Assembly (NCBI GenBank): GCA_964252035.1
Contig: OZ176205.1
Direction: 5' to 3' (one strand)
Origin: Podarcis erhardii
Lineage: Eukaryota
Length of the DNA: 64,000 bases
The notes below the pieces were generated by a model, which saw nothing but the letters and a program-made list of their open reading frames with translations, did not search any database and was not told where the DNA came from. This document shows positions 33,026 through 45,050 of the stretch, piece after piece; the first letter of the stretch is position 1, and every line of letters begins with the position of its first letter. The position numbers and the translations under genes were made by a program.

Positions 33026-36000
33026 TATCCGAAAGGCATCACCGTCTCCACACTGAAAGGAAACCCAACTCTGGGAAAGTGCAGGCCCCTCGGAGTCTCT
33101 TGCCCCTCGGGGTCCCTCCCCACTCTCAGCTCATTGACTCGGGGGGGGGGGGACTGACAGGGGAGAGGAACCCACAAAGGAGACTTTGAGAGCTCCTCTC
33201 TGCCCCTTGGGGATGGGGGAATGATCATTCTCAGCTGCTCCTGGGGCTGCTCTGGGCTGTTCCTGAGCTGCTACTCCCTCCCTCCCGCCCCCCCCTGCCC
33301 CCGGCCTCCCTCCACAAGGCTGGCTCTCGCACAGTGCCAACAAGCATTAATACAAATGCTTTGAATGTGTTAACAATGCTAATAGTATTTCCGTACTAAT
33401 TAGTAACGCTGTTCGAACGAACTCCTCTTTTAATGATATAAATTACCAGCCAGCCAGAGTGAGAGGCTGAAGCTAAGAGCCAGGCTGAGGGAGCATCAAT
33501 TACCATGCGTGTGTGCTGGGGGTTTTCCTTCTCCTCTCCTGCCTTCCCATGGAACCAGCTCATCAGGGGGGTTTGGGGGTCTACTCTCCGTCCCACCCCC
33601 AAAGCTCACACCTCATAGAAGCATGTTGAGCACACCTATCCCCCACAATACAACTTGGTGAATTGTATATGGGACTATCTCAAAGGAAGGAGGTGCTGGG
33701 AATGCCTTCCTGGGGCAACTCAGGGCAAGAACCCTGAAGATCTAAACCTGGAAGGAAGTTGGAATGGGAGTCCTGCTCCTCCTGAGAGAAGAGCCTCCTG
33801 GATCAGGCCAACCTGTGGGAAACAAGCAAGGAGAATTCCAGCACAACTCTCCACTCCAGAGGTTTCCAGCAACTGGGATTCAGAGCAGAGCCATCCTGGC
33901 TGGGAGCCCTCAATAGCTCTCTCCTCCTCCCTGATCCCCCTTTTAAAACCATCCAAGTTGGCAGCCATCCCTGTTTCCTGCAGGAGGGAGTTCCACAGTT
34001 TAATGGTGGTGCCTTCATCTGTCCTGAATCTTCCAGCATTCACCTTCATGCCGGTGGGTTTTCTGGTAAGAGAAGGAAGAAAACTTTTCCCCATCCCCCC
34101 TCTCCACGCCATGCAAACTTTTATCAACTTCTATCTTGTTAAAACCAATTACAAGAAATGCAAACCTAAACAGCTCTGCAGATAGAAGATGGGTCTTAGA
34201 GATCCCACCCCACTAAGAGAGGGCTGCTCTTTAACCAGTTTCTGACCCCTCGGAGGACCCTCTCCTCTTATTCCACAACTACTTGAGACCACCAAGACTC
34301 CTTCCACTCCATTCCTGTTGGGGGGGGGGTGTTGCTGTTGCTGCTGCTGCTTTGCCCCCCCCCCCGAAGCTGCTGTCCCCTTGTATGCACCTTGGATCGC
34401 ATAGTCTCTGTTCTCAAGAGGTTTAGCCATGCTGGCAGCACTTGCCCCTCATGCCAGGTGGTGAGATTGCAGGGGGTTGGACTAAATGACCCCTGGGATC
34501 CCTTCAAACTCTACAATTCTGTGATTATGGGTCCTGAGATCAATGGTGCCAATTTTACAAATGCATAATGTGTTTTACAAATGCCACCACCCAAGTCATG
34601 CAGAAGGAGAATTCAGTCCAGAGAGGAAGTTTTAAAAAGAGGTTTCAAGGCCCTTTCTCACCTCCTGCTTCACTCTGAGGCCCAACAGCTGGAACACTAA
34701 TGTGGAAAGACGTTTCCTTTATACCTTTATACCCTGACTTTCCTCAAAACAGAAGAGTTCCAGGCTGCGTGCGGGTGATGCTCACCCCGCCCAGGTGGAG
34801 CCATTTGTGGACTCTGCCTGCCCTCCTGAGCCACTGGTGACCCCCCTCCAGTCCACAGCGCCAACCTTGCACTGAGTGGCTTCTAAGCCCCCAGCCCCAC
34901 AAGGAGCCCTCCCTTTTTAGCAAGCTACTGTGCGCATGGGCTGGAGCTAAGGAACATTATGGATTTCCAGGGTGTTTGCTAAGCTGAAGTGACTATTCAT
35001 GTGCGCCAGGCCCGCTTCCTCTGCCGAATCCGCAGCGCATCCCACCGGGAATTCCACACAGATGTGCTTCGCTCGGCTTAGCTGCTTTGACTCGGCTGCC
35101 ACTTCTGTGCAATCAAAGGGGGCAGAATCAGGATCCCTGGAGGGAGCGCATGCACGCACGCTCTGCCAAGCACCGCTTGGACCCGTCACAGCCGGCGAAG
35201 GATGCGCAGGAGTCTCCTCCTGCCTGGTCTGACATCTCCCCTCGTGCAGACCGGGGGGCAGGAGGAGGAACCCCAAGTCTGCTCTGCTGCGGCTCTCTGT
35301 GTCCAGGTTGCAAGGAGGGCCCCTTGGCTCCCTCTGGGGCACCCAAGACCCACAGGGCAGCTGGAAACAAACCCTCAGCTGACCAGCGGAAGTAGAGGGG
35401 CAAAGCGCCAACAACAATGCACCTAACTGAAGCCATAGAATCCAAAATTGTAGAGTTGGAAGGGACCCTGAGGCTCCTGCAAGGCAGGAATCATGGCCAA
35501 AGAATGCCTGACAGGAGGCCATCTGAGCTCTGCTTAAAAACCTCCCAGGAAGAACAAGGTGCTCTGGCTGTGCAGTTGGAGTTGGAAACAGCAGGAGAGG
35601 AGAGCGTGGCTCTTGGGCTCGGATCCTGCCTGCTGCTTCCCCATAAGGGGCAGCTGTTCAGCCACGGTGAGAACAGGAGACTGGACTGGGTGGGCCGCTG
35701 GTCTCCTCCAGCAGAATTCTTCTTATGCTCTTATGTTCTTGAACCCTAAGCACCAGGCAGTGTGCTGAAGAGAAGGCAGAGAAGCCATGGCAATTTGCTG
35801 CATTGCATGGGATTATACATTTGGGAGCTAACTTCTGTTTGTCCATTTAACATTAATGGAAAGGCAGGGAGCTGTAATTTGCCCTCAGGACGACGATACT
35901 GTATGACTCTCGGCCAGATGAAAAGCTTGCCTTGGCTGTGGTGAGTGCTGGGTGCAAGGTCTGAAAGCAGCCTGGCCCTTTTTGAAGTGAATGCTTCTGC

Positions 36001-39000
36001 ATCCATAAGGAAAATAGATAAAGGAAAAGTAGATTCCTCTTCAAGCAAAAGCAAGAGCCTTTGAGGAATTTGGGCAAGGTGGCCAGTAACAAAAAGCTGC
36101 TTCGGAGAGCACTCTAAACCTCTTGCTGGTCAGCTGGATGCATGGGTGTCTGTGTGCACTAAAATAATAAGTACATTAGGGACCCAGCAAGTGCCCCCCC
36201 AGCCCTAGCCCCATGGACACCCAGTCCTCTGAAGGCCAGGCGCTGGGAATGACCTGCAAGGGAGATCTGCGGTTGCCTCAGGTCCTGCCTGTGAGTTCCC
36301 AAAGAAAGCTCTGCAGGAACAGGGGACACGGGACCAGGTGGGCCTTTGGTCTGGCCTGGGAGTGGGATTGGGGGGGGGGGGAGAGAAAGCTCTTTGTAAA
36401 CATGGTTGGCCAAGCCAGACTACTGATCCACCTCATGCACTGGGGCCCACTTGGGCTGGCACTGTCTCTCCAGGGTCCTGCAGGCAGAAAAAGCCTTTTC
36501 TCGTATTCTGCTCCCAGAAATCCTCTGAGCTGGAGTGTGTATGTATGGTTGGGGGGGGGGGGACGGAATGAGAGATCTTCTGCATGCAAGGCGGGTCCCT
36601 CATCCCTGAGCTGCCCCCTCCCCCTGGGCACTGGGGGGCGAGGGAGGGAGGGGGTGATGCGGAGCCAGAAGCTTCCGTGCTGACAGTCCCTTTTTGAAAC
36701 AAGATGAATGAGCTGGAGTTGCTGAAAATGATTCTCATTTATAATCTGCCGCGTTCTGGAGCTCCCCAATTAATTCTCTATAGATACATAAATAGGCCTC
36801 GTGTTTATTTTGCTTCCAACGTAATCAACATTACACTTTGGTGCCCGTTCCTGTCAGAGCCTCTCTGCCACGTCGGATGCCTCACACACCTGCCTGGCAG
36901 GGAGCCAAGCGCATGCTGCGCTGGCCGCAGGATGCCCCCTGGCACAGCCGCATGAGGGGCCTCTGGGCCTCCTGGGGCCCCTGGACCTGCCTGCTTCAGA
37001 CCCCCAGGCCACACGCCATTCCCTGCCTATGGGCTCCACAGCCCCACAGGGGCAGCTGGCAGGGCGTGCCATTCATGGCCTCCCTTTCCTGCTTTGGGTT
37101 GGCACAACATTCCCACCTCCCTGCGCTCCTTGGCTGGGATGCCCCCAGAGTGGGGGCACTGGTCTGTCGGTCAGAAGGCCAGTTGGAGGAGGGTCCTAGA
37201 GGCCCCTTCCTGCCAGATGTTTGCAGAGTCAGACCCTGGGGCAGCCAGGATTCAGAGCCTGCTGTGGGGCTTCTCCTTGTCACCCTCTCCACCCAGGGCA
37301 AGCACTGGCCTATTTAGGGCCATAAAATTGTAGAGAGGGAAGGGACCCCCGAGGGCCATCTAGTCTAGCCCCCTCCGATGCAGGAATCACTGCTAAGGAA
37401 TACCTGACAGGTGGCCCCTGACCTCTGCTTAATGACCTCCAAGGAAGGGGAGTCCACCACCTTCCAGGCAGTCCGTTTCAACTCTACAATTCTATGACTG
37501 TGCAATTATTTCAATAGGTCTCCTCTGAGGCAAACTTAGTTGGATACGGCCTAGAGAACCTCTCCCTGAACCCTTAGGCCACCAGGGGTGGAGTGGGACC
37601 CTGGACTGGCTGTTTTGCGCTGGCTGCAGAAGAAAGAGGGCAGGTGCCAGAGAGGCAGAAGACGCAGAGGCAGGAGAGTTTCAGGGTCTTTTCCAGGAAG
37701 GGACGAAGCATCTTCTGCCCCACGAGGAAGAAGGACAGTCTGGGAAGAGAGAAGAGGCCTTGCAATATCTTCTGGGCTGTTTGAGTATGGAGGCTGAGAC
37801 CTTTTACCTTACATATAATTTGTGGCCATGCTATCCCTGACATGGCCTGTTGTGTATGTGCTTTTTAAGCACATCGGCCTCATTTCACTCGTGTTTTTCC
37901 GGTTGCGTGATTTCCCCCCAACTGCTCACTTGAACAAAAATCAACCCGGGGAGGCAGTTGCCCCTGCCCTTGCCCTGCCCTTGCCCGCCGCCTTGCCATT
38001 TCCGAGGGTGGCTGAGAGGACTTGCGAGAGCAGAGGCCTCTCGCCAAAGAAGCTTCTAGGCAGGCTGAGTTCCTCTCTTGCCCACAGGAGCTTCCAGATG
38101 GGCCTGGAGGAATCCAGAGGGGCAGCTCTGCTTCTCCACGGAGGTGGCCCATCCTAGAGTCCGGAGAGAGAGAGAAGCCCCTCTTGGCAGCCTCCGCCGT
38201 TGGCCAGAGCAGCCCCACAGCAGCCCCCAGCAGTTCAGCCTTGGCTTCCCGTTTCCCCTCTTTGCAACATGGGATGTTTCTTGAGACAGGGAGGGAGGGA
38301 GGGAGGGAGGACTGCTGAGCATTGCAAAAGTGGTTGGGGCAACCCAGTCAGATGGGTGATGTATAAATAATAAAAATGACTATTAAATATTATTAAGCGT
38401 TCCTGGAGGAGAGGCCAATGGGAGGCTCCTGGGCAGAATACCTCCACAGTCAGAGGCAGCGATGTTTCTGAAGGCCAGTGGCTGGACACTGCAGGCGGGG
38501 CGAGTGTGGCTCTCTTGCTCGCCTCCTGCACACTGGTTTCCCCCAGGCATCTGGCTGGCCATGGTGGGAGCAGGAGCTGGACAAGACGAGCCTCTCTCTG
38601 GCCTCCTCCCGCAGCCCGGCTCTTCTGATGTTCCCATGTTCTTCGGCCAAAGTGAAATGCACAGATGTGTGCTGGGTGTTTGGTTCCAGGATTTGGCCTT
38701 CTGGGGCCAACAGCTCCTGCCTTGGCTTCCTTAGCCCTTTGCTCCACAAGCTCCTTCCACCCCAGGGCCTGGAGTCTTTTGGGGGCTGGGGGTCCACACA
38801 GCTGCTTTGCCCCTGCCTAACCCCTTGTGCCTCCCCACCACAGCTCTCCCTCCCCCCCTTCCGCCTCTTCTGCGTTTCTAAATCCTTGGTGGTTTTTACC
38901 ATTTGATGTCCTCTCCCCCCTTTCCCTTTCCTTCCGTCTCCTGCTTGCACCTGCTGGAGCCTCTCGGAGCTGCTGCCAACTCCAGGGATTACGAGTGAAT

Positions 39001-39550
39001 AATTCAAACAGGACGGTGGGTTTGAAGTTTTGCAGAAGGAACTGGATGTACTGCCTGCCTCCCCCCCCCCAGCCAGCCCAGAGCCAATGCAGGACTGCAG
39101 AATGCAGCAAGGGGGCAGGTGGGGGGCTCTGGCATGGTGCTCCCATGGAAGAGGGGTCTGCTGCTACCAGCTGGGATAGCAGCACCCTTGCAGAGGTCCC
39201 CAAAGCACCCACAAGATTGGCTCTGCCAGCCCATTGGAGTCAGCGGTGCTTTTGAACACCAGTTGGTGGAAGCTGCAGGAGGGGAGAGTTGCTCATGTGC
39301 TCAAATGCTGCTTGTGGGTTTATGCAACTGGTTGGCCACTGTGACTAGATGGGCCACTGGCCTGATCCCACTGGCAATTCTTCTGACCTCCAGCTCCAGG
39401 GCCCCTGAGGGTGTATGCCCAGTTGCTGAATGGATTCCCAGGAAGCCTAAAATATCCTCTTGCCTGAATCAAACATGGCATTCTGCAAGTGGGGGCCTCC
39501 AGAGACCCATTCCGTAGGAAGCGGGGTCATCAGTTGTGGCCCCTTTCAGT

Positions 39551-39738
39551 GGGGCTGTGGCTCAGTGGCTACAGCGTCTGCACTGCATGCCAAAGGCCCC
39601 GGGTTCAATCCCCGCTGGCAGCATCTCCAGGCAGTGCTGGGAGAGAGTCTCTGTCTGAATCCCTGCAGAGCAGCTGCCTGTCAGTGTAGACAGTATCAGG
39701 CTCCATGGGATCGATGGTCTGGCTCATAAGTCTGCCTC
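39551..39738 (+). mobile_element. tRNA-derived SINE (Squam3-like)
   Basis: ggggctgtggctcagtgg (A box)...gggttcaatccc (B box), then ggcagcatctccagg...ctgcctgtcagtgtagacagta body; not a functional tRNA. Confidence 0.75.
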
Positions 39739-40519
39739 CCGCCAAACTGACAGAGCGCACCAGACTGAGAAGCTGCATGCTGCGGGTGTGTCAGACCTGG
39801 CCCAGAAGGTTGGGTTTTGAAGGCTGGGCCTGTGTGAGGATGCTCAGGCTGAGGTGGGGGCCAGAGGGGGAGGGGGGGCTGTGTAGCCGAAGAGCCCTTG
39901 AGCCGCTAGAGCATCACTAATTCCTTCCATGTAAGCAGAAGCCATAGATCAATATGTGACAGCGTTGAGGACGCAGGAGAAGGCGGCTGCCCAGGGACCC
40001 ATCTGCGGGCACAGGACGGATCCTGAACAAGCCAGCCAGGAGGAGCATGGCAGGAAACGCCCCCCCCCCAAAGATCCTCCATGCCACCCACATGCATGTA
40101 TTGCACCTGAGAATCTCAGAGGGTGGGGGGCTTGTTTGCAGGAGCCCACCTGAGCAGACATCCCCACCTGCCCAGAAGAGTGGAGGCTGCCAGCAGCCCC
40201 AGGGAGGGAGGCAGGTGAGGCCAGGCCAGGTGCAGGGGGAGGGGGAGGGGGCAGAATCCCCGGAGCCAGGAGTCAGGAAGAGGGCAGGAAATGGGAAAAT
40301 CTGGACCAGGTAATGAGGTGCCTGAGTGTCACCTGGAGCTCTTTGAGGAGGGGGTGGGGGGCAAAGTTGGCAAGAGAAAGAAGCAGCTTGTGCTGCTTTG
40401 AGGGCCCATCTCCTCCCTCAGAGTGTTTTCAATTTCTGTACAGACATTTATGGCGCTGGCTCCACCCAGCCCCAAACTGATGCTTATTTTTTAAACAACA
40501 GCAACAACACATGTGAAAC

Positions 40520-40947
40520 CAGTGATGGATTTATGTATAAGCTCAATAAGCTCTAGCTTAGGGCCCCACTCTCTTGGGGGCACCAAAAAAATTTAAAGGG
40601 AAAAAATGGATGTACATTTCCAAAATATAAGATAAAAAACAAATAAAATAAAACCTACATACAGCAACAGTTGTGTGTTGTGTAGGCTCCTATGATGTTA
40701 AGCCATGGGCCCCGCCTGCTTGCCAGCTCCCTCAAATATCACTGGTTTGCTCATTTCTATATAAAGGGTGCAAATGGCTTTAGATACCTATTAGGTCCAT
40801 AAATTACCATCAAGCACATATTCAACAACAACAACAAAATAAATAAAATCCAGCAACAATTTGTTGTTGACAAAGGACAGCTGGACATAGAAAGGACCCC
40901 ATTACCTTCAGGAGTTGAGGGCCTCATCAAACCTCAATCTGGCCCTG
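40520..40947. mobile_element. hAT MITE
   Basis: CAG...CTG termini (CAGTGATGGATT / AATCTGGCCCTG), near-perfect 8-bp TSD TGTGAAAC / TGTGCAAC, AT-rich body. Confidence 0.65.
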
Positions 40948-41395
40948 TGTGCAACTCTCTCCCTGTTGGCCATGCTGCCCAGAGGGGGCTCAGCTCCTCT
41001 CGCTTCAGAGCAGATCCATCTCCCTCTCCACCCATCTCCTCCTCTGACCTGTAAGGAGTGGGGGGGGGGAGAGGCATTCCTGCTCTATTGGCCCAGGATC
41101 TGATGTGGGAGGCGGCAAGTATGCCCCCCCCTTCTGCATGCGAGGCCAACTTTGCGCTGAGCTGGCTGAGAGCTGACCATGAGCAGAGAGCCCTGGGAGG
41201 GGGTCCCGTGCCCCTTTCACCCATGGAAATGGACCTCTGCTGCCACTAGCAGGGGACTCACCTGCTGTGGGGTCAGGGCAGGACAACCAGCCCCTGTACC
41301 TTGTGCTGGAGACTTGCTTGCCCCATGATGGCACCATCCTGCACCCAAGAGACCCAGGACTCTGCCACGGCAACCCTCACCAGCCAGGCATGGGA

Positions 41396-41595
41396 NNNNN
41401 NNNNNNNNNNNNNNNNNNNNNNNNNNNNNNNNNNNNNNNNNNNNNNNNNNNNNNNNNNNNNNNNNNNNNNNNNNNNNNNNNNNNNNNNNNNNNNNNNNNN
41501 NNNNNNNNNNNNNNNNNNNNNNNNNNNNNNNNNNNNNNNNNNNNNNNNNNNNNNNNNNNNNNNNNNNNNNNNNNNNNNNNNNNNNNNNNNNNNNN
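41396..41595. other. Assembly gap (200 N)
   Basis: Run of exactly 200 Ns. Confidence 1.
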
Positions 41596-43974
41596 GCAAA
41601 GTCAAGAGGGTCAAATCACTCCAAGGCTTGGGAGTTGTTTAAGAACTCAATCTGAGGAGGTCAAGTGGAGTGTAGACCGCAGACCAGGTCAGGCACCGGG
41701 AGGCCAAGGGGGCGAGAGTGGTCAACAGGCAGGGGCAGAGAAGCTGCAGGAGGCAGGAAGGCGTCCTGAAAAATATGGAAGAGAACAAAAAGGAAGGGAA
41801 AGCTGAGTGTAGCCGGACACACCCTCTGGACTTTAAGAAGGCCAATTTTGAAAAGCCGAAGGAGCTACTGGGTGTGACTCAGAAATACTCAATGAAAAGG
41901 GAGTCCACGGAGGATGGGAGCTTCTAAAAGTTGAAATACTGAAGGCCCAAATGCAGACAATACCAACAAGAAAGGAAAGTGGGAGGCATCTAAGGAAACC
42001 GGTGTGGCTCCATAAGGAGTTTACAGATGAGCTGAGAGTTAAGAAGGGCATGTATAAGAGATGGAAGAAAGGGGAAATCACAGAGGAGGAGTAGACACAA
42101 GTAGCCAACAGTTGCAGGGGGACAGTCAGGCTGGCTAAAGCTCAAAATGAACTCAGGCTTGCAGGAGAAGTTAGAAATAATAAAAAAGGTTTCTTTGGCT
42201 ATGTCTGAAGTAAGAGGAAGAACAAGCAAGTGGTAGGTCCTCTGTGTGGGGAAGACAGAGAAATGCTCTTGGATGAAAGAAAAAGTGGAACTCCTCAACA
42301 CCTACTTTGCCTCTGTCTTCACCCAAAAGAGAGTGATACGCAACCTGGCGATAACAGAATAAATGATTTCAGGAGGGAGCTGCAGCCCAAGATAGGAAAA
42401 GAGGTAGTAAAGGAATTCCTAGATACTTCAATGAATTCAGATCTCCAGGGCCTGATGAGCTGCATCCAAGGATGTGCTAAAGGAGCTTGCAGGTGTAATT
42501 TCAGAGCATTTGTCTATTATTTTTGAGAATTCTTGGAGACCAGGTGAGGTCCCTACAGACTGGAGGCGGGCAAATGTTGTCCCCATCTTCAAAAAGGCAA
42601 GAAAATAAAACCCAGGGAACTACGGTACCAAGTGGTGAGCTTGACACTGACACCAGGGAAGGTCCTAGAACAGACAATTCAAGAGTCGGTCTGTGAGCAT
42701 TTAGAAAAGGATGCTGTGATTACTAAGACCCAGCACGGGTTTCTCAAAAATAAGTCATGCCAGACCAATCTGATTTCTTTTTTTGATGAAATTACAAACT
42801 TAGTGGAACGGGGAAATGCTGTGGACATCGTGTATCTTGATTTCAGTAAGGCTTTTGACCTAGGCCCCCACGATATTCTTGCAGAGAAGCTGGTAAAATG
42901 TGGGCTGGATGAGATTAACTGTTAGGTGGATTTGTAGCTGGTTGACTAACTGAACCCAAAGAGGACTCATGAATGGTTCCTTGTCGTCCTGGGGAAAAGT
43001 GACAAGTGGGGTGCCACAGGGTTCTGTCCTGGGCCCATTGTTGTTCAATGTCTTTATAAATGACTTGGATGAAGGAATTGAGGGCATGCTCATTCAATTT
43101 GCAGATGACACCAAACTGGGAGGGGTAGCTAATGCTGCAGAAGACAGAATCCGAATTCAAAATGACCGTAACAGATTGGAGAACTGTGTGCAAGCTAACA
43201 AAATTAATTTCAGTAGGGACAAATGCAAGGTTTTGCACTCAGGCAGCAAGAACCAGATGCACAAATATAGGATGGGGGACCCCTGGCTTACTAGCAGTGC
43301 ACATGAAAAGGATCCAGGGGTCTTGGTGGAACACAAGCTGAACATGAGTCAACAGTGTGATGCAGCAGCAAAGAAAGCTAATGTTATTCTAGGCTGCACC
43401 AACAGAAGTCTAGTGTCCAGATCAAGGGAAGAAGTCATAGTCCTGCTCTATTCTGGCTTGGACAGACAAACATCTGGAATACCGTGTCCTATTCTGGGTG
43501 CCACAATTTAAGAAGGACGTTAAAAAGCTGGAAGGTGTGCAGAGGAGGCCAACCAAGATGATCAAGAGTCCGGAAACCAAGCCTGATGAGGAACGGTTGA
43601 AGGAGCTGGGTATGTTTAACCTGGAAAAGAGGAAACTGAGAGGAGATATGATGGCCATCTTCAAATATCTCAAGGGCTGTCACATGGAAGATGGAGGAAG
43701 CTTGTTTTCTCCTGCTCTGAAGGTAGGACTCAAACCAATGGCTTCAAGTTACAAGAAAGGAGATTCCGACTAAACATTTGGAAACTTTTTGACAGTGAGA
43801 ACTGTTTGACAGTGGAAAAGGCTTCCACGAGAGGTGGTGGACTCTCCTTCCTTGGAGGTTTTTAAGCAGAGCTTGGGGGGGCCACCTGCCCTGGATGCTT
43901 GAGCTGAGATTCCTGCATTGCAGGGGGGTGGCCTAGATGACCCCTAGATCCCTTCCCAGTTTAAGATTCTATGA
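41596..43974 (+). mobile_element. Degenerate CR1 LINE (ORF2 EN-RT remnant plus 3' UTR), frameshifted
   Basis: ORF pieces include QHGFLKNKSCQTNLISFFD, VDIVYLDFSKAFD, SGVPQGSVLGPLLFNVFINDLD, FADDTKLGG and [12 protein letters not shown], with stops and frameshifts between them. Ends ...gattctatga; the 5' end runs into the gap. Confidence 0.93.
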
Positions 43975-44059
43975 ATAAAAACTTTGGCAAAACAATAATA
44001 ATGTGCAAGTTTTTAATATTGTGCAATATTGTGTTTTAATATGAATGCTGTGTTTTAAT

Positions 44060-45050
44060 TGTTGTAACCTGGCCTGGGACCAAGTAATCAACTGTAAGAA
44101 TAATAATGAATTTGAGGAGTGCATTGCTAGAAACATCAAGACCAAGAACAAGGAGTTCTTTATGTACATTAGTAGCAGGACGTGGTTGGACTCTTCGATG
44201 ACCAGGGAGTCCAAGGAGGACCAAAGGAGGATAAGAAGGAGATGGCAGAGAAGCTGACTTTCTTTGCACCTGTCCTGAAAATGGAAGATGCAGGGCCGAT
44301 CCCAGTGCCTGAATTAATTTTTGCAGGAGAGGCGTCTGCAGAACTGAGGCACATAGTGGTGGCGAGAGATTAAATTCTAGGTCTAATAGGCAAAATAAAT
44401 ACTGACGAATCGCCAGGTCCAGATGGCATCCACCTGAGAGCTCTCAAAGAACTCAGATGTGAAATTGCTGATCTTCTAACAGAACTAGGGAACTTGTCCC
44501 TCAAATCAGCCTCCGTACCTGAGCCAGCTGTGAAAAGGGCATTAGGCCTCTGAAAGGCAGTTGCTGGCAATCGCAGGTGGGCGGGGGGCTGTTGTTGCAG
44601 GCTCCCCCCTGAGCCTTGTGGCCAGCCCCATGGGGACGAGATGGGCCATTGGTCTGAGCCAGCAGACTCGCCTGATGTTCTTATGCGCTGAGCACAGCAG
44701 CACTTTCCCCGCTTGTGATTCTGGAGGGAGAACACAGCCGCCATGACCAGTAGCCATCACTAGCCTTCAGCTTGTCTAAATTCCTTTGTGTGCCACTGGA
44801 GTCAGTGGCCAGAAGCAGCCAGGCAACCACAAATGCCACAGGTGTCTCCAGAGAGGTGGGTTCCACTTGTGTGGGAAGACCAAGGAAGTAATGGAATGTC
44901 TTCCAGGAAAAGGAGGAGAGCAGAGTGGCAACAGGGGCTTGATGTTCTGGAAGCACATTCTTGGTGTGAGGCATTGCAAAGTGCGATGGGCAGAGCTAGT
45001 CGAGAGCTGTGGATGCTGACACAACAGCAGTCAAGGCCAGGCAGGTAGCA
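44060..45050 (+). mobile_element. Cluster of older CR1 ORF2 fragments with an intervening SINE-like tail
   Basis: FEECIARNIKTKNKEFFMYISSR peptide; ccaggtccagatggcatccacctgagagctctcaaagaactc; later decayed RT C-terminal sequence. Confidence 0.65.

Noticed and set aside
39551-39625. tRNA gene
   Set aside because: The A/B-box head continues into a SINE body, the cloverleaf is broken, and a related copy exists at 28117-28242.
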